Virus record (IMG/VR): IMGVR_UViG_3300020045_005957
Location: 1-46,247 of that record
DNA from: a virus
Taxonomy: Duplodnaviria > Caudoviricetes
Direction: 5' to 3' (one strand)
DNA: 46,247 nucleotides
A program made the position numbers and the translations under genes. This document shows, piece after piece, positions 18,625 to 25,700 of the stretch (the stretch's first letter is position 1; the number at the start of each line of letters is the position of its first letter). The notes under the pieces are model-generated. The model searched no databases and was not told the origin of the DNA. It saw nothing but the letters and a program-made list of their open reading frames with translations.

Positions 18625-18678
18625 CCTACTGATGAGCTGGAAACAGCGAAACGAGCTCTAGCAAGGCTCGTATAGGCT
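18623..18678 (+). ncRNA. Type I hammerhead ribozyme
   Basis: Stem I AGCCTA/TAGGCT; core CTGATGA; stem II GCTG-GAAA-CAGC; GAAA; stem III CGAGCT/GGCTCG; GUA cleavage triplet ending at 18672. Confidence 0.93.
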
Positions 18679-18814
18679 TTGAAGGCATGAAAACGGGTTT
18701 GGGTAGCATGCAAGCGGTGAAAGTGGCTAGGAAGTACCGCAAAACGCAAATAAATGCGATCTGGCAGGTGGGTTAGCATGGCAAATTGGCAAGCTGAGTA
18801 AAAAGGGAGTATCT

Positions 18815-18877
18815 ATGAATATGTTTTGGCTAGTACTTTTACTAATGGCATATTGTGCTGATAGGGGGATAGAATGA
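18815..18877 (+). CDS. 20-aa hydrophobic microprotein (MNMFWLVLLLMAYCADRGIE)
   Basis: AAGGGAG RBS; ATGA overlap with the next ORF. Confidence 0.4.
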   Translation: MNMFWLVLLLMAYCADRGIE

Positions 18878-19017
18878 ATATAGAGCTTATACGTATAGCA
18901 TTACAGGAATCATTAACAGTGATGGAACAAGAAAAAGCTAATTGGGATATGACGTGTGATATATACGATGATGCTATCGAGCTGTGTAATAAGGCACTGG
19001 TAGAGCTAGGTAAATAG
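18874..19017 (+). CDS. 47-aa helical early protein
   Basis: MNIELIRIALQESL...ALVELGK, translated by hand; AGGGGGA RBS. Confidence 0.6.
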   Translation: MNIELIRIALQESLTVMEQEKANWDMTCDIYDDAIELCNKALVELGK

Positions 19018-19043
19018 GCGTAAATCGTAAGGGAGGATTACAA

Positions 19044-19259
19044 ATGGACACCATTAAAGATAAGAAGGGCATTACGGTAGCTATAAATATCAATTGGTGC
19101 ATTGAGGATGTGCTAGAGACAGCAAAGAATGAACATATTAAGCTAACACGTAAGCAAGCTGGAGAAGTGCTAGATAAGTGTTTAGCAGACCATGATGCTA
19201 CAATTGGAGTTAATTGGGATGTAATAAGCTATCACATTGGGTGTGTAAAGAATGACTAG
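19044..19259 (+). CDS. Early hypothetical protein
   Basis: 71 aa; W..EDV...LT..QA.EVL....HDA.IG.NW pattern typical of small phage early proteins; GGAGG RBS. Confidence 0.75.
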   Translation: MDTIKDKKGITVAININWCIEDVLETAKNEHIKLTRKQAGEVLDKCLADHDATIGVNWDVISYHIGCVKND

Positions 19260-19299
19260 ACCACTATTAAAGCATTTTACACACAATAATCAAAACACG

Positions 19300-19585
19300 T
19301 GTGCAATTTTCTCATTTTATCAACTCGTCGTGGAGGCTCTTTTATCACATTCTCCAAAGCAATCAGTACTGTATGAGAGTATGCCCCCTTTTTGGGGCAT
19401 TCTCATCATACATGTGCTTACTTTATAATGCATTTGTCTATTAGAATATTAGAATTATCATATATAGTAGCAATAGGCAATTCTCACAATTATCAGGCAC
19501 TTTTCAACACTTTGAGAATTGAGAATTGCACAGGAAAATAAGGATTCTCATGGGGTTATCTGATGATAATCTGATGAGAATTAAA
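19300..19585. repeat. AT-rich intergenic region with many TGAGAAT/TGATAAT heptads in both orientations plus a hairpin (origin/operator candidate)
   Basis: aattctca 19479, attatca ~19489, tgagaattgagaattg 19513, attctcat 19544, tgataat 19564, atgagaatt 19574; hairpin 19373-19406. Confidence 0.7.
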
Positions 19586-19601
19586 TAAAAAGGGGGTTAG
19601 C

Positions 19602-19895
19602 ATGGCTATCGTATCTGGTGCAATAAAAACTGATTTGGAGATAGGTGGTAAAGGTAGGTTAGGCACTAATCCATGTGCTAAGACAGTAAAGAGAGCTAAT
19701 GCGTATGAGGTGTGGGAGAGTAAGAATGGGCAATGGAGATGGTATGTACTTAAGAAGTGGCAAAGTCCTGAGAAGGAAGCTAAGAACCCGTATGCTAGAT
19801 GGTTTTGTGATGTAGTTACTCCTATATGTCCAGATGGAGAGATGGGTGATGTGTATGTATCTGAGATCAAACAATATGCAGTTAGGATAGGATGA
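19602..19895 (+). CDS. Early protein, DUF2958-like
   Basis: W.WYVL...WFC.V......GEMGDVYVSEI pattern. Confidence 0.6.
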   Translation: MAIVSGAIKTDLEIGGKGRLGTNPCAKTVKRANAYEVWESKNGQWRWYVLKKWQSPEKEAKNPYARWFCDVVTPICPDGEMGDVYVSEIKQYAVRIG

Positions 19896-19978
19896 GTTGT
19901 AAGCTGTATTATCACCATTTCACCATTATAGAAGAGGATGTGAGAATTGAGAATAACAGGTTAATAAAGGGGGATGAC

Positions 19979-20374
19979 ATGAGTGAGAAAGAAAAGAGTG
20001 AATTAAGGTTTGATAGTGTGAATAGATTAACCATCAAAAGAGGTGAGGGAGTACGTACCACAACAGATGCGCTTGACTTCAGTGAAGAAGAGATGAGTAA
20101 GTTCTTAGATAAGCATATTAGGAAGTATGTAGATGTGGATAGATTCACCATACCAGATGTTATGGCAGAGATATGGAATGATGATAGCGCACCATTGAAT
20201 GTAAGGTTGTTTGGGCTAGTCTCCCTAGGTAGGTTATGTGAGTATAGGGATGGGCAGTTTGGGAAGATGGGTAAGTCGAATAAGAGTGGAGTGCGGGGTA
20301 TTAAGCTAGATGGTAAAATGGCAGATATGATGATTAAGATGTTAGAAGAATTAGCTAAAGAACAGGAGGATTAG
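19979..20374 (+). CDS. Hypothetical protein (start ATG 19979)
   Basis: AAAGGGGGA RBS at 19966-19974 favours this start over 19892. Confidence 0.7.
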   Translation: MSEKEKSELRFDSVNRLTIKRGEGVRTTTDALDFSEEEMSKFLDKHIRKYVDVDRFTIPDVMAEIWNDDSAPLNVRLFGLVSLGRLCEYRDGQFGKMGKSNKSGVRGIKLDGKMADMMIKMLEELAKEQED

Positions 20375-20376
20375 TC

Positions 20377-20628
20377 ATGGATCTTAAGAGCTTACTTATG
20401 AGTGCTAGCACTAAGAATATTAAGGAGTTGTGTATAGCAGATATTCTTAGCCTAGATAAAGATGCAGCTGACAAATGTTGGAAAGTGTTTTCTAAAGCAA
20501 TGGATGAAGGCACTGGTTGGAAGGATGTAATTAAGACTATAGCTGATAGTAAGGATTTATCAGAGCGTGAGAAGTATGCTGTATTCTTGTTTATTGGAGG
20601 TAAGATAGAAAAATCGAAGAGTAAATAG
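20377..20628 (+). CDS. Hypothetical protein
   Basis: 83 aa, GGAGG RBS. Confidence 0.7.
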   Translation: MDLKSLLMSASTKNIKELCIADILSLDKDAADKCWKVFSKAMDEGTGWKDVIKTIADSKDLSEREKYAVFLFIGGKIEKSKSK

Positions 20629-20649
20629 GATAAAATAAAGGGGGAATGT

Positions 20650-21600
20650 ATGGGTAGGTACACGCTTATAGGCATGGATGGTGAGTTAAGGGCAATTAAG
20701 AGAGCAGTTACTCTGGATATACCTGTGTTAGCTATAGGTCATACTGGATGTGGTAAGACTACAGCAATACAGCATGTGGCTAATAGCATGAATAAGAGAT
20801 TAGTGCGAATTAGCCTAAATGGTGAGATGGGCATACCAGAGCTGGTGGGTAAGTGGCTTGTAAGAGATGGTGCTACAGTGTGGCAAGATGGAATAATCGT
20901 TGAAGCTATGCGTAGTGGGGATTGGATAGTGCTAGATGAGATAAATGCGGCACTTCCAGAAGTGCTATTCTGTCTTAACTCCATCATGGATGATGCAAGG
21001 GCACTAACCATAAGTGAGAAAGATGGAGAGCTAGTCCAAGCACATGAGGACTTTAGAGTATTTGCTAGTATGAACCCAAGTGGAGAGTATGGAGGGACTA
21101 AGGAGCTTAATATGGCACTTATCTCTAGGTTTGGTGTAGTGCTTGAGGTAGATTATCAGCCACCACAGAAGGAGCTAGAGATCATTAAGCAGACTGGATT
21201 AGCTGAGGATATGTGTAAGTTGGTGATTGATGTGGGTGGGATATTGCGTAAGAGCTATAAGCAGAACATTACCACACACATGGTGAGCACACGAGATCTA
21301 ATCAATCTTGCTAGGCTGCTCAAAGATGGTGCACCCATGATTGATGCGCTTGAGTGGGCCATTATCAACAAGATAAATAAGGAGGAGAGAGTGCAGGCAG
21401 TTGAGAGGATTAAGAGTGGTATAACCCTTCAGATCAATTGGAGAGCCAGTGCTGATACTGTGATGAAGAATCTAACAGAGGATTTAGCACTAAGCGTAAA
21501 GGACTTACAAACTAAGAAGAGTGAGTTAGAGCAGAAGTTGCTCCAGCTTGAGGCTAATGTGCAGAGTGTACTAGGCTATCTTAAGCCTGCAGTACAGTAA
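20650..21600 (+). CDS. MoxR-family AAA+ ATPase (CbbQ/NorQ/CobS-like)
   Basis: GHTGCGKT, IVLDEIN, FRVFASMNP, LNxALxSRF, STRDL; C-terminal coiled coil. Confidence 0.92.
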   Translation: MGRYTLIGMDGELRAIKRAVTLDIPVLAIGHTGCGKTTAIQHVANSMNKRLVRISLNGEMGIPELVGKWLVRDGATVWQDGIIVEAMRSGDWIVLDEINAALPEVLFCLNSIMDDARALTISEKDGELVQAHEDFRVFASMNPSGEYGGTKELNMALISRFGVVLEVDYQPPQKELEIIKQTGLAEDMCKLVIDVGGILRKSYKQNITTHMVSTRDLINLARLLKDGAPMIDALEWAIINKINKEERVQAVERIKSGITLQINWRASADTVMKNLTEDLALSVKDLQTKKSELEQKLLQLEANVQSVLGYLKPAVQ

Positions 21601-21607
21601 GCTAAGT

Positions 21608-21636
21608 GGGGTGTGGGAGAAATCCTGCACCCCTTT
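21608..21636 (+). terminator. GC-rich GAAA-loop hairpin (weak terminator or processing site)
   Basis: GGGGTGTGGGA-GAAA-TCCTGCACCCC-TTT; short U tract. Confidence 0.55.
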
Positions 21637-21650
21637 AAAAGGGGGATATT

Positions 21651-22616
21651 ATGGGAGTTATTAAGCAGGTATTTAAGGTGGAGGAATTGCCTTCAGCATG
21701 GGGAGATGAGCTAAAGCGTCAAGGATATGTTAATAAGCGCAATGAGGTATGCCTTACGTTTGCTAAGCCGGAGGGTGTGGATGAGGAGGAAGAGTATAAG
21801 AGTACTGTCCACATGCCAGGCAGTAAAGATGGAGATAAGGTGGACTATGATGAGCCTCCATCACAGTATGATGTGCCTCCAGGTGTAGCAAGCAGGCTTA
21901 AGAGGTCCTTTGCAGATAATAAGGCTAAGAGGCCAGAGCATTTTAGGAAGAGTGGAAGATTGAGCCATAAGCATGTGGGTAGAGTGGCCTTCAGTAATAG
22001 GGTATTTGACCGTGCGCAGAAGCAGAATGGTAAGAGCTATTATATGCATGTGGTGGTGGATACCAGTGGGAGTATGAAGACTACTGACCCTGCTAGTGTG
22101 TCTTATGTAAGTGCTATGAACTTAGTGAGAGATCTGCAGACTATAGGTGTGCAGGTACAGGTTACGGGGTTTGACACCAGAGTAGAGTGTGTACATCCAT
22201 TCAGCCCTTCTAGATTTAGCAAGGTTTATAGGGATGGTAAGATAAAAGTTTTGCGTAGTATGGCAATAAATGGTGGTGGCACAGATCTACAAGTGGCACT
22301 TATAAGGGTATTAAGGGATATTAATGCAGTTAAGGATGCTAAGGCAGAGCATATTGTGGTTGTGCTAACAGATGGATTTCCAGATCATGATGTGCATACG
22401 CTTGAGCCACTTATGAACCAGATTAAGAAGAAGGCGGCATTAGATGTAGCACTGATATTAACACCATTCTTAGGATTGCCAAAACATGAGCAAGACAAAT
22501 GGATGAAGACTATTGAACAAAAGTTTGGATATGTGCCACGCATACTTCCTGATGTAACTGGAGTGTATGAATACTTAATAAGCCGAGTTAAGGGGCACTT
22601 TGTAGCTAAGATGTAG
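21651..22616 (+). CDS. vWA domain protein (CobT-like MoxR partner)
   Basis: MIDAS DTSGSM, GGGT, VLTDG; SGRL motif. Confidence 0.9.
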   Translation: MGVIKQVFKVEELPSAWGDELKRQGYVNKRNEVCLTFAKPEGVDEEEEYKSTVHMPGSKDGDKVDYDEPPSQYDVPPGVASRLKRSFADNKAKRPEHFRKSGRLSHKHVGRVAFSNRVFDRAQKQNGKSYYMHVVVDTSGSMKTTDPASVSYVSAMNLVRDLQTIGVQVQVTGFDTRVECVHPFSPSRFSKVYRDGKIKVLRSMAINGGGTDLQVALIRVLRDINAVKDAKAEHIVVVLTDGFPDHDVHTLEPLMNQIKKKAALDVALILTPFLGLPKHEQDKWMKTIEQKFGYVPRILPDVTGVYEYLISRVKGHFVAKM

Positions 22617-22631
22617 CACCCACCACGTATT

Positions 22632-22701
22632 CTCCAGGTAGTTTAGGTCCCCCTTTTCTACCTGGAGGGTGGGAGCTTCAAAAAGGGGAACTAAAAAGGA
22701 G
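22632..22701 (+). promoter_or_regulatory. Hairpin with anti-SD loop and downstream complementary tract in front of parB
   Basis: Stem CTCCAGGTAG/CTACCTGGAG; loop TTTAGGTCCCCCTTTT is 14/16 complementary to AAAAAGGGGAACTAAA (22680-22695). Confidence 0.65.
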
Positions 22702-22707
22702 TAAGCG

Positions 22708-23553
22708 ATGAGTACAGACATTAAGATTGGAGATGTAGAAGTGGTGGAGAATGTGCGAAGTAGTATTAAGGATGCACAGCTTCAGGAGTTAATGGCAAGT
22801 ATAAAACAGCATGGCCTGCAACACAATATAGGTGTATCCTCGACGGAGAGTGGTAAGTATGTACTGATCTACGGACATCGTAGGTTAGAGGCGTGTCGTA
22901 AGTTAGGGTGGAAGACTATACCAGCGCGTATAGTTGAGGATATGGAATTGAAGGATCTTATTATCCAAAACATGGTGGAGAATTTGCAACGTAAGGAGGG
23001 TAGTCCAATTGACTTTGGAAGGCAGTGTTTTAAGTTACAGAAAGAGTTTAAGATGACACCAGGAGAGATTGCCGTAGCACTGGCGGTGCCATTTAGTAGG
23101 GTGCGTACTATGATGGACATTTACAAGCAGGTGCCGACACATGTGCGTGGCAAGATTGCCTTTGTAGGGCAGAATAATAGTGCGCGTGCTGGTAAGATAA
23201 GTGTTAATGTAGCAAGAAAGATTCTTGACATCAAGCGGTCAATAGGTTTAAATGCATCACAGGTAGATGGGCTTCTTGAAGTAGCGAGGGTGAATGAATT
23301 AAGTGGAGAAGATATAAGGGTAATTGGTAGAATGATTATGTTGGGCGCGACACCAGCTAAGGCAGTTAAAGAGGCTAAAGGGTATGCCTGCTACAGGCTG
23401 GATGTGGTGGTGAGTGTTGCAGAGATGGATGTTTTGGTTAAGAAGCATAACACCCATGTAAATACTATCCTTACTCGTATCCTGTATGGTGAGCTTCCGG
23501 GTATAACTAGGCCAAACTTCTTAAGTAAGAATGTGAAAGGGGGCAGCAGCTAA
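22708..23553 (+). CDS. ParB/Spo0J-like protein
   Basis: L.ASIKQHGL, GHRRL.AC, ENLQR, HTH (PGEIAVAL). Confidence 0.9.
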   Translation: MSTDIKIGDVEVVENVRSSIKDAQLQELMASIKQHGLQHNIGVSSTESGKYVLIYGHRRLEACRKLGWKTIPARIVEDMELKDLIIQNMVENLQRKEGSPIDFGRQCFKLQKEFKMTPGEIAVALAVPFSRVRTMMDIYKQVPTHVRGKIAFVGQNNSARAGKISVNVARKILDIKRSIGLNASQVDGLLEVARVNELSGEDIRVIGRMIMLGATPAKAVKEAKGYACYRLDVVVSVAEMDVLVKKHNTHVNTILTRILYGELPGITRPNFLSKNVKGGSS

Positions 23554-23569
23554 GCAAGTCAAGAAATCC

Positions 23570-23590
23570 CTTGACAATGGTGGTATAATG
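23570..23590 (+). promoter_or_regulatory. Promoter-like motif CTTGACA-N4-TGGTATRATG (copy 2)
   Basis: CTTGACA ATGG TGGTATAATG; overlapped by palindrome GTCAAG-N6-CTTGAC (23558-23575). Confidence 0.75.
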
Positions 23591-23608
23591 TAAGTAACCC
23601 AAATAGGA

Positions 23609-23803
23609 ATGTACGTGCCTATGTTAATTAAGATCATTACACTTAGTTTGTTAGCAGCTATGCCATGCTATGCACAAGACATGGTATTTGTCAAGTATGA
23701 AGTTGTGGAAGATTGTAAGTGGGTGTCTACAGTAGAGAAGGTTTATGATAAGGATGGAAATTATGTGGGTGTGATTGTGAAGCAAGATTCTAGGTGTGAT
23801 TAA
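23609..23803 (+). CDS. Small exported protein
   Basis: Signal-peptide-like MLIKIITLSLLAAMPCYA; two further Cys in the mature part. Confidence 0.55.
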   Translation: MYVPMLIKIITLSLLAAMPCYAQDMVFVKYEVVEDCKWVSTVEKVYDKDGNYVGVIVKQDSRCD

Positions 23804-23804
23804 T

Positions 23805-23930
23805 CTAGCAGTGGTGTGGCCGTTATCAGCGGTTATTGTATAGTCCCATAGCGAAGTTGGCACTGATACCGATAAGGTAAGTCTTGAAGGCTATGCGACG
23901 AAGCAGGGGAAAGCCTGCCATCACTGCTAG
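23805..23930 (+). ncRNA. Structured tRNA-like RNA 1
   Basis: 12-bp closing stem CTAGCAGTGGTG/CATCACTGCTAG; T-arm-like GCAGG-GGAAAG-CCTGC directly before the 3' strand; inner CATAGC/GCTATG. Confidence 0.65.
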
Positions 23931-23938
23931 GTAAATAT

Positions 23939-24002
23939 AGACCATTCGGCACGGGCCGATAACCTGACGAGGGAATGACTGGGGATGACCTGGCGATGGT
24001 CT
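23939..24002 (+). ncRNA. Structured RNA 2
   Basis: AGACCAT/ATGGTCT closing stem; inner TCGGC-ACGG-GCCGA and CCT-GACG-AGG hairpins. Confidence 0.5.
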
Positions 24003-24017
24003 TATAAGTAAATATAA

Positions 24018-24091
24018 AGGGCGATAGTGTAAGAGATGGAGCACGGCGGGCTTCTGCTCGAAAGAACTGACCACTCGTCCGGTTAAGCCCT
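24018..24091 (+). ncRNA. Degenerate tRNA-like RNA 3
   Basis: AGGGC/GCCCT ends; TA-GTGT...GG..GCAC D-arm-like; CGGGC-TTCT-GCTCG; no TTCRA loop or CCA. Confidence 0.5.
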
Positions 24092-24158
24092 GTTTAGGTT
24101 GCTAGGTCAAGATATGGGCGTCAGACGCCTGATTCACTAAAATGGAGAGGAAGTCGTT

Positions 24159-24386
24159 ATGATTAAACTATCTATTGAACTTAAAGATGAGAAATTTGAA
24201 TGGGGCTATGAAGTGGCGGGATGTAGACATAACGGTATTGAACCAGTAACGCCAGAGAACTTAGAGTGCTTTACGTTAATGCTTAAGATGTGCCATAGAA
24301 ACCACACGCAAAGATACAAAGAATGGGAAGATGAATGTAATGCTAAAGCATATTTAGAAAAGCATCCTGAACTATTAACCCCTTAA
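24159..24386 (+). CDS. Hypothetical protein
   Basis: 75 aa, GGAGAGG RBS. Confidence 0.65.
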   Translation: MIKLSIELKDEKFEWGYEVAGCRHNGIEPVTPENLECFTLMLKMCHRNHTQRYKEWEDECNAKAYLEKHPELLTP

Positions 24387-24432
24387 GCAATCAAACGCTC
24401 ACAGCTAAAGACTTGAATAATGGAGAATAATT

Positions 24433-24648
24433 ATGGAGCTATTACCGTGTCCGTTTTGTGGTGGGGAAGCAGAAGTATATAGAGTTGGAAACGCTCACAC
24501 TAAGAAACGTTCCGTTGTGGTTGACTGCAAGACTTCTGGATGCACTATTAAAATGACTGTTGGAGTTATCCATCAAAGTCTTGATTGGGCAGAAGGAAAA
24601 GCTATTGAGAAATGGAACACCAGACTGCCTATTAACGTAAAGGAATAA
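24433..24648 (+). CDS. Lar-family restriction alleviation protein
   Basis: ELLPCPFCGG...V.C...GC...AIEKWNTR signature. Confidence 0.85.
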   Translation: MELLPCPFCGGEAEVYRVGNAHTKKRSVVVDCKTSGCTIKMTVGVIHQSLDWAEGKAIEKWNTRLPINVKE

Positions 24649-24649
24649 T

Positions 24650-24865
24650 ATGAGAGCAACGCTTGAAGAAGCCGAGAATGAAGCTCGGAAGTTAGGAAGG
24701 TTAATTAAGGCGGATATGCCTGAAGGTTGGGGCTTCGTGCTTATGTTGGTTTCACATGGCGAGAACGGCGTATTTACTTATTTGAGCGATTGCCAACGCC
24801 AAGACATTATAAAATTTCTGCGAGAGATAGCTTATAAACTAGAAGCAAACGAAAAGGAGATTTAA
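24650..24865 (+). CDS. Hypothetical protein
   Basis: 71 aa; GFVL...G...YLS..QR.D pattern. Confidence 0.7.
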   Translation: MRATLEEAENEARKLGRLIKADMPEGWGFVLMLVSHGENGVFTYLSDCQRQDIIKFLREIAYKLEANEKEI

Positions 24866-25096
24866 ATGAATCCGAACCAAGATAATACGGCGTGCGTTGA
24901 AGTTCCACAAGCACCTAGAGGACAATTGATTGGTGGTATGGGAATGAAAGAAGAACAAATGAATTTAAGAACCCACAAACGCCTAACAGATTTGGCTTAC
25001 CGTGTTAAAGATTTTATTGACGGGAACGGTGGATTGACTTACCAAGAAGCGTGTATCTTTGGAAATATCATGCAGGGAATTATTAACCTAAAATGA
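24866..25096 (+). CDS. Hypothetical protein
   Basis: 76 aa, AAGGAG RBS. Confidence 0.65.
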   Translation: MNPNQDNTACVEVPQAPRGQLIGGMGMKEEQMNLRTHKRLTDLAYRVKDFIDGNGGLTYQEACIFGNIMQGIINLK

Positions 25097-25138
25097 TGCT
25101 ATCTCTCGCAGAGATATTTAACGTAAAGGAACGCTGAT

Positions 25139-25300
25139 ATGACCGAAATTATATGTTTAATAGCTGGGCTTGGGATTGGATTTATCCTTGGCGATATTTA
25201 CGTGAGCAATCTTATATGTAAAGAATCTGGCATTAAATATGACGGTAATATGAGCATAAATTCCATGATTGCACAGCTTAAAGAACTTCGGAAAACATAA
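25139..25300 (+). CDS. 53-aa membrane-anchored protein
   Basis: MTEIICLIAGLGIGFILGD..., translated by hand; AAGGA RBS. Confidence 0.55.
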   Translation: MTEIICLIAGLGIGFILGDIYVSNLICKESGIKYDGNMSINSMIAQLKELRKT

Positions 25301-25301
25301 A

Positions 25302-25580
25302 ATGGATAAAATCTCATGGCTAAAACTCGCCAAAAGGAATATCGAAGAAGTTAATATAAAGCAAGCAATCAGGTGCATCAACGAGGTTATTGAGTTAATT
25401 GAGATTGATGAGCAACCGGCGGAGCCAGCAGGGATTACCGAAGTAGATATTGAATCGCTATTACGAGACAAAGCTAAGGGATATATGATGCCAGATGCTT
25501 ACCAAAAAGCATTGGAGATGGGGTTATTCAAAGGACAATCGGAGGCATTATGGCGAGCAATACAGGAGAGTAAATGCTAA
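25302..25580 (+). CDS. Hypothetical protein (start ATG 25302)
   Basis: Starts 1 nt after the upstream stop. Confidence 0.6.
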   Translation: MDKISWLKLAKRNIEEVNIKQAIRCINEVIELIEIDEQPAEPAGITEVDIESLLRDKAKGYMMPDAYQKALEMGLFKGQSEALWRAIQESKC

Positions 25581-25645
25581 AACCATTCCTATTATTCCTC
25601 TGGGTAGTCATAACAACAATGTGGTTAGCGTGGTATGTAAGATGA
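25574..25645 (+). CDS. 23-aa single-TM microprotein (MLKPFLLFLWVVITTMWLAWYVR)
   Basis: AGGAG RBS; hydrophobic. Confidence 0.4.
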   Translation: MLKPFLLFLWVVITTMWLAWYVR

Positions 25646-25674
25646 GAATAATTAAGAAATCCATTGACACAGCA

Positions 25675-25695
25675 CTTGACACGCATGGTATAATG
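25675..25695 (+). promoter_or_regulatory. Promoter-like motif CTTGACA-N4-TGGTATRATG (copy 3), leaderless to radical SAM 1
   Basis: CTTGACA CGCA TGGTATAATG; ATG 25701 is 6 nt after TATAAT, no SD; extra TTGACA at 25664 (19-bp spacer). Confidence 0.75.
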
Positions 25696-25700
25696 TACAC

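Noticed and set aside
19300-19585. CRISPR array or canonical Fur boxes
   Set aside because: Repeats are 7-mers with irregular spacing and no repeat-spacer units; no exact TGATAAT-N-ATTATCA 7-1-7 box
23964-24000. Second hammerhead (CTGACGAG core)
   Set aside because: No stem II followed by GAAA, and no matching stem III/NUH
23805-24091. Canonical tRNA genes
   Set aside because: No TTCRA T-loop, no 7-nt anticodon loop, no CCA; kept only as tRNA-like candidates
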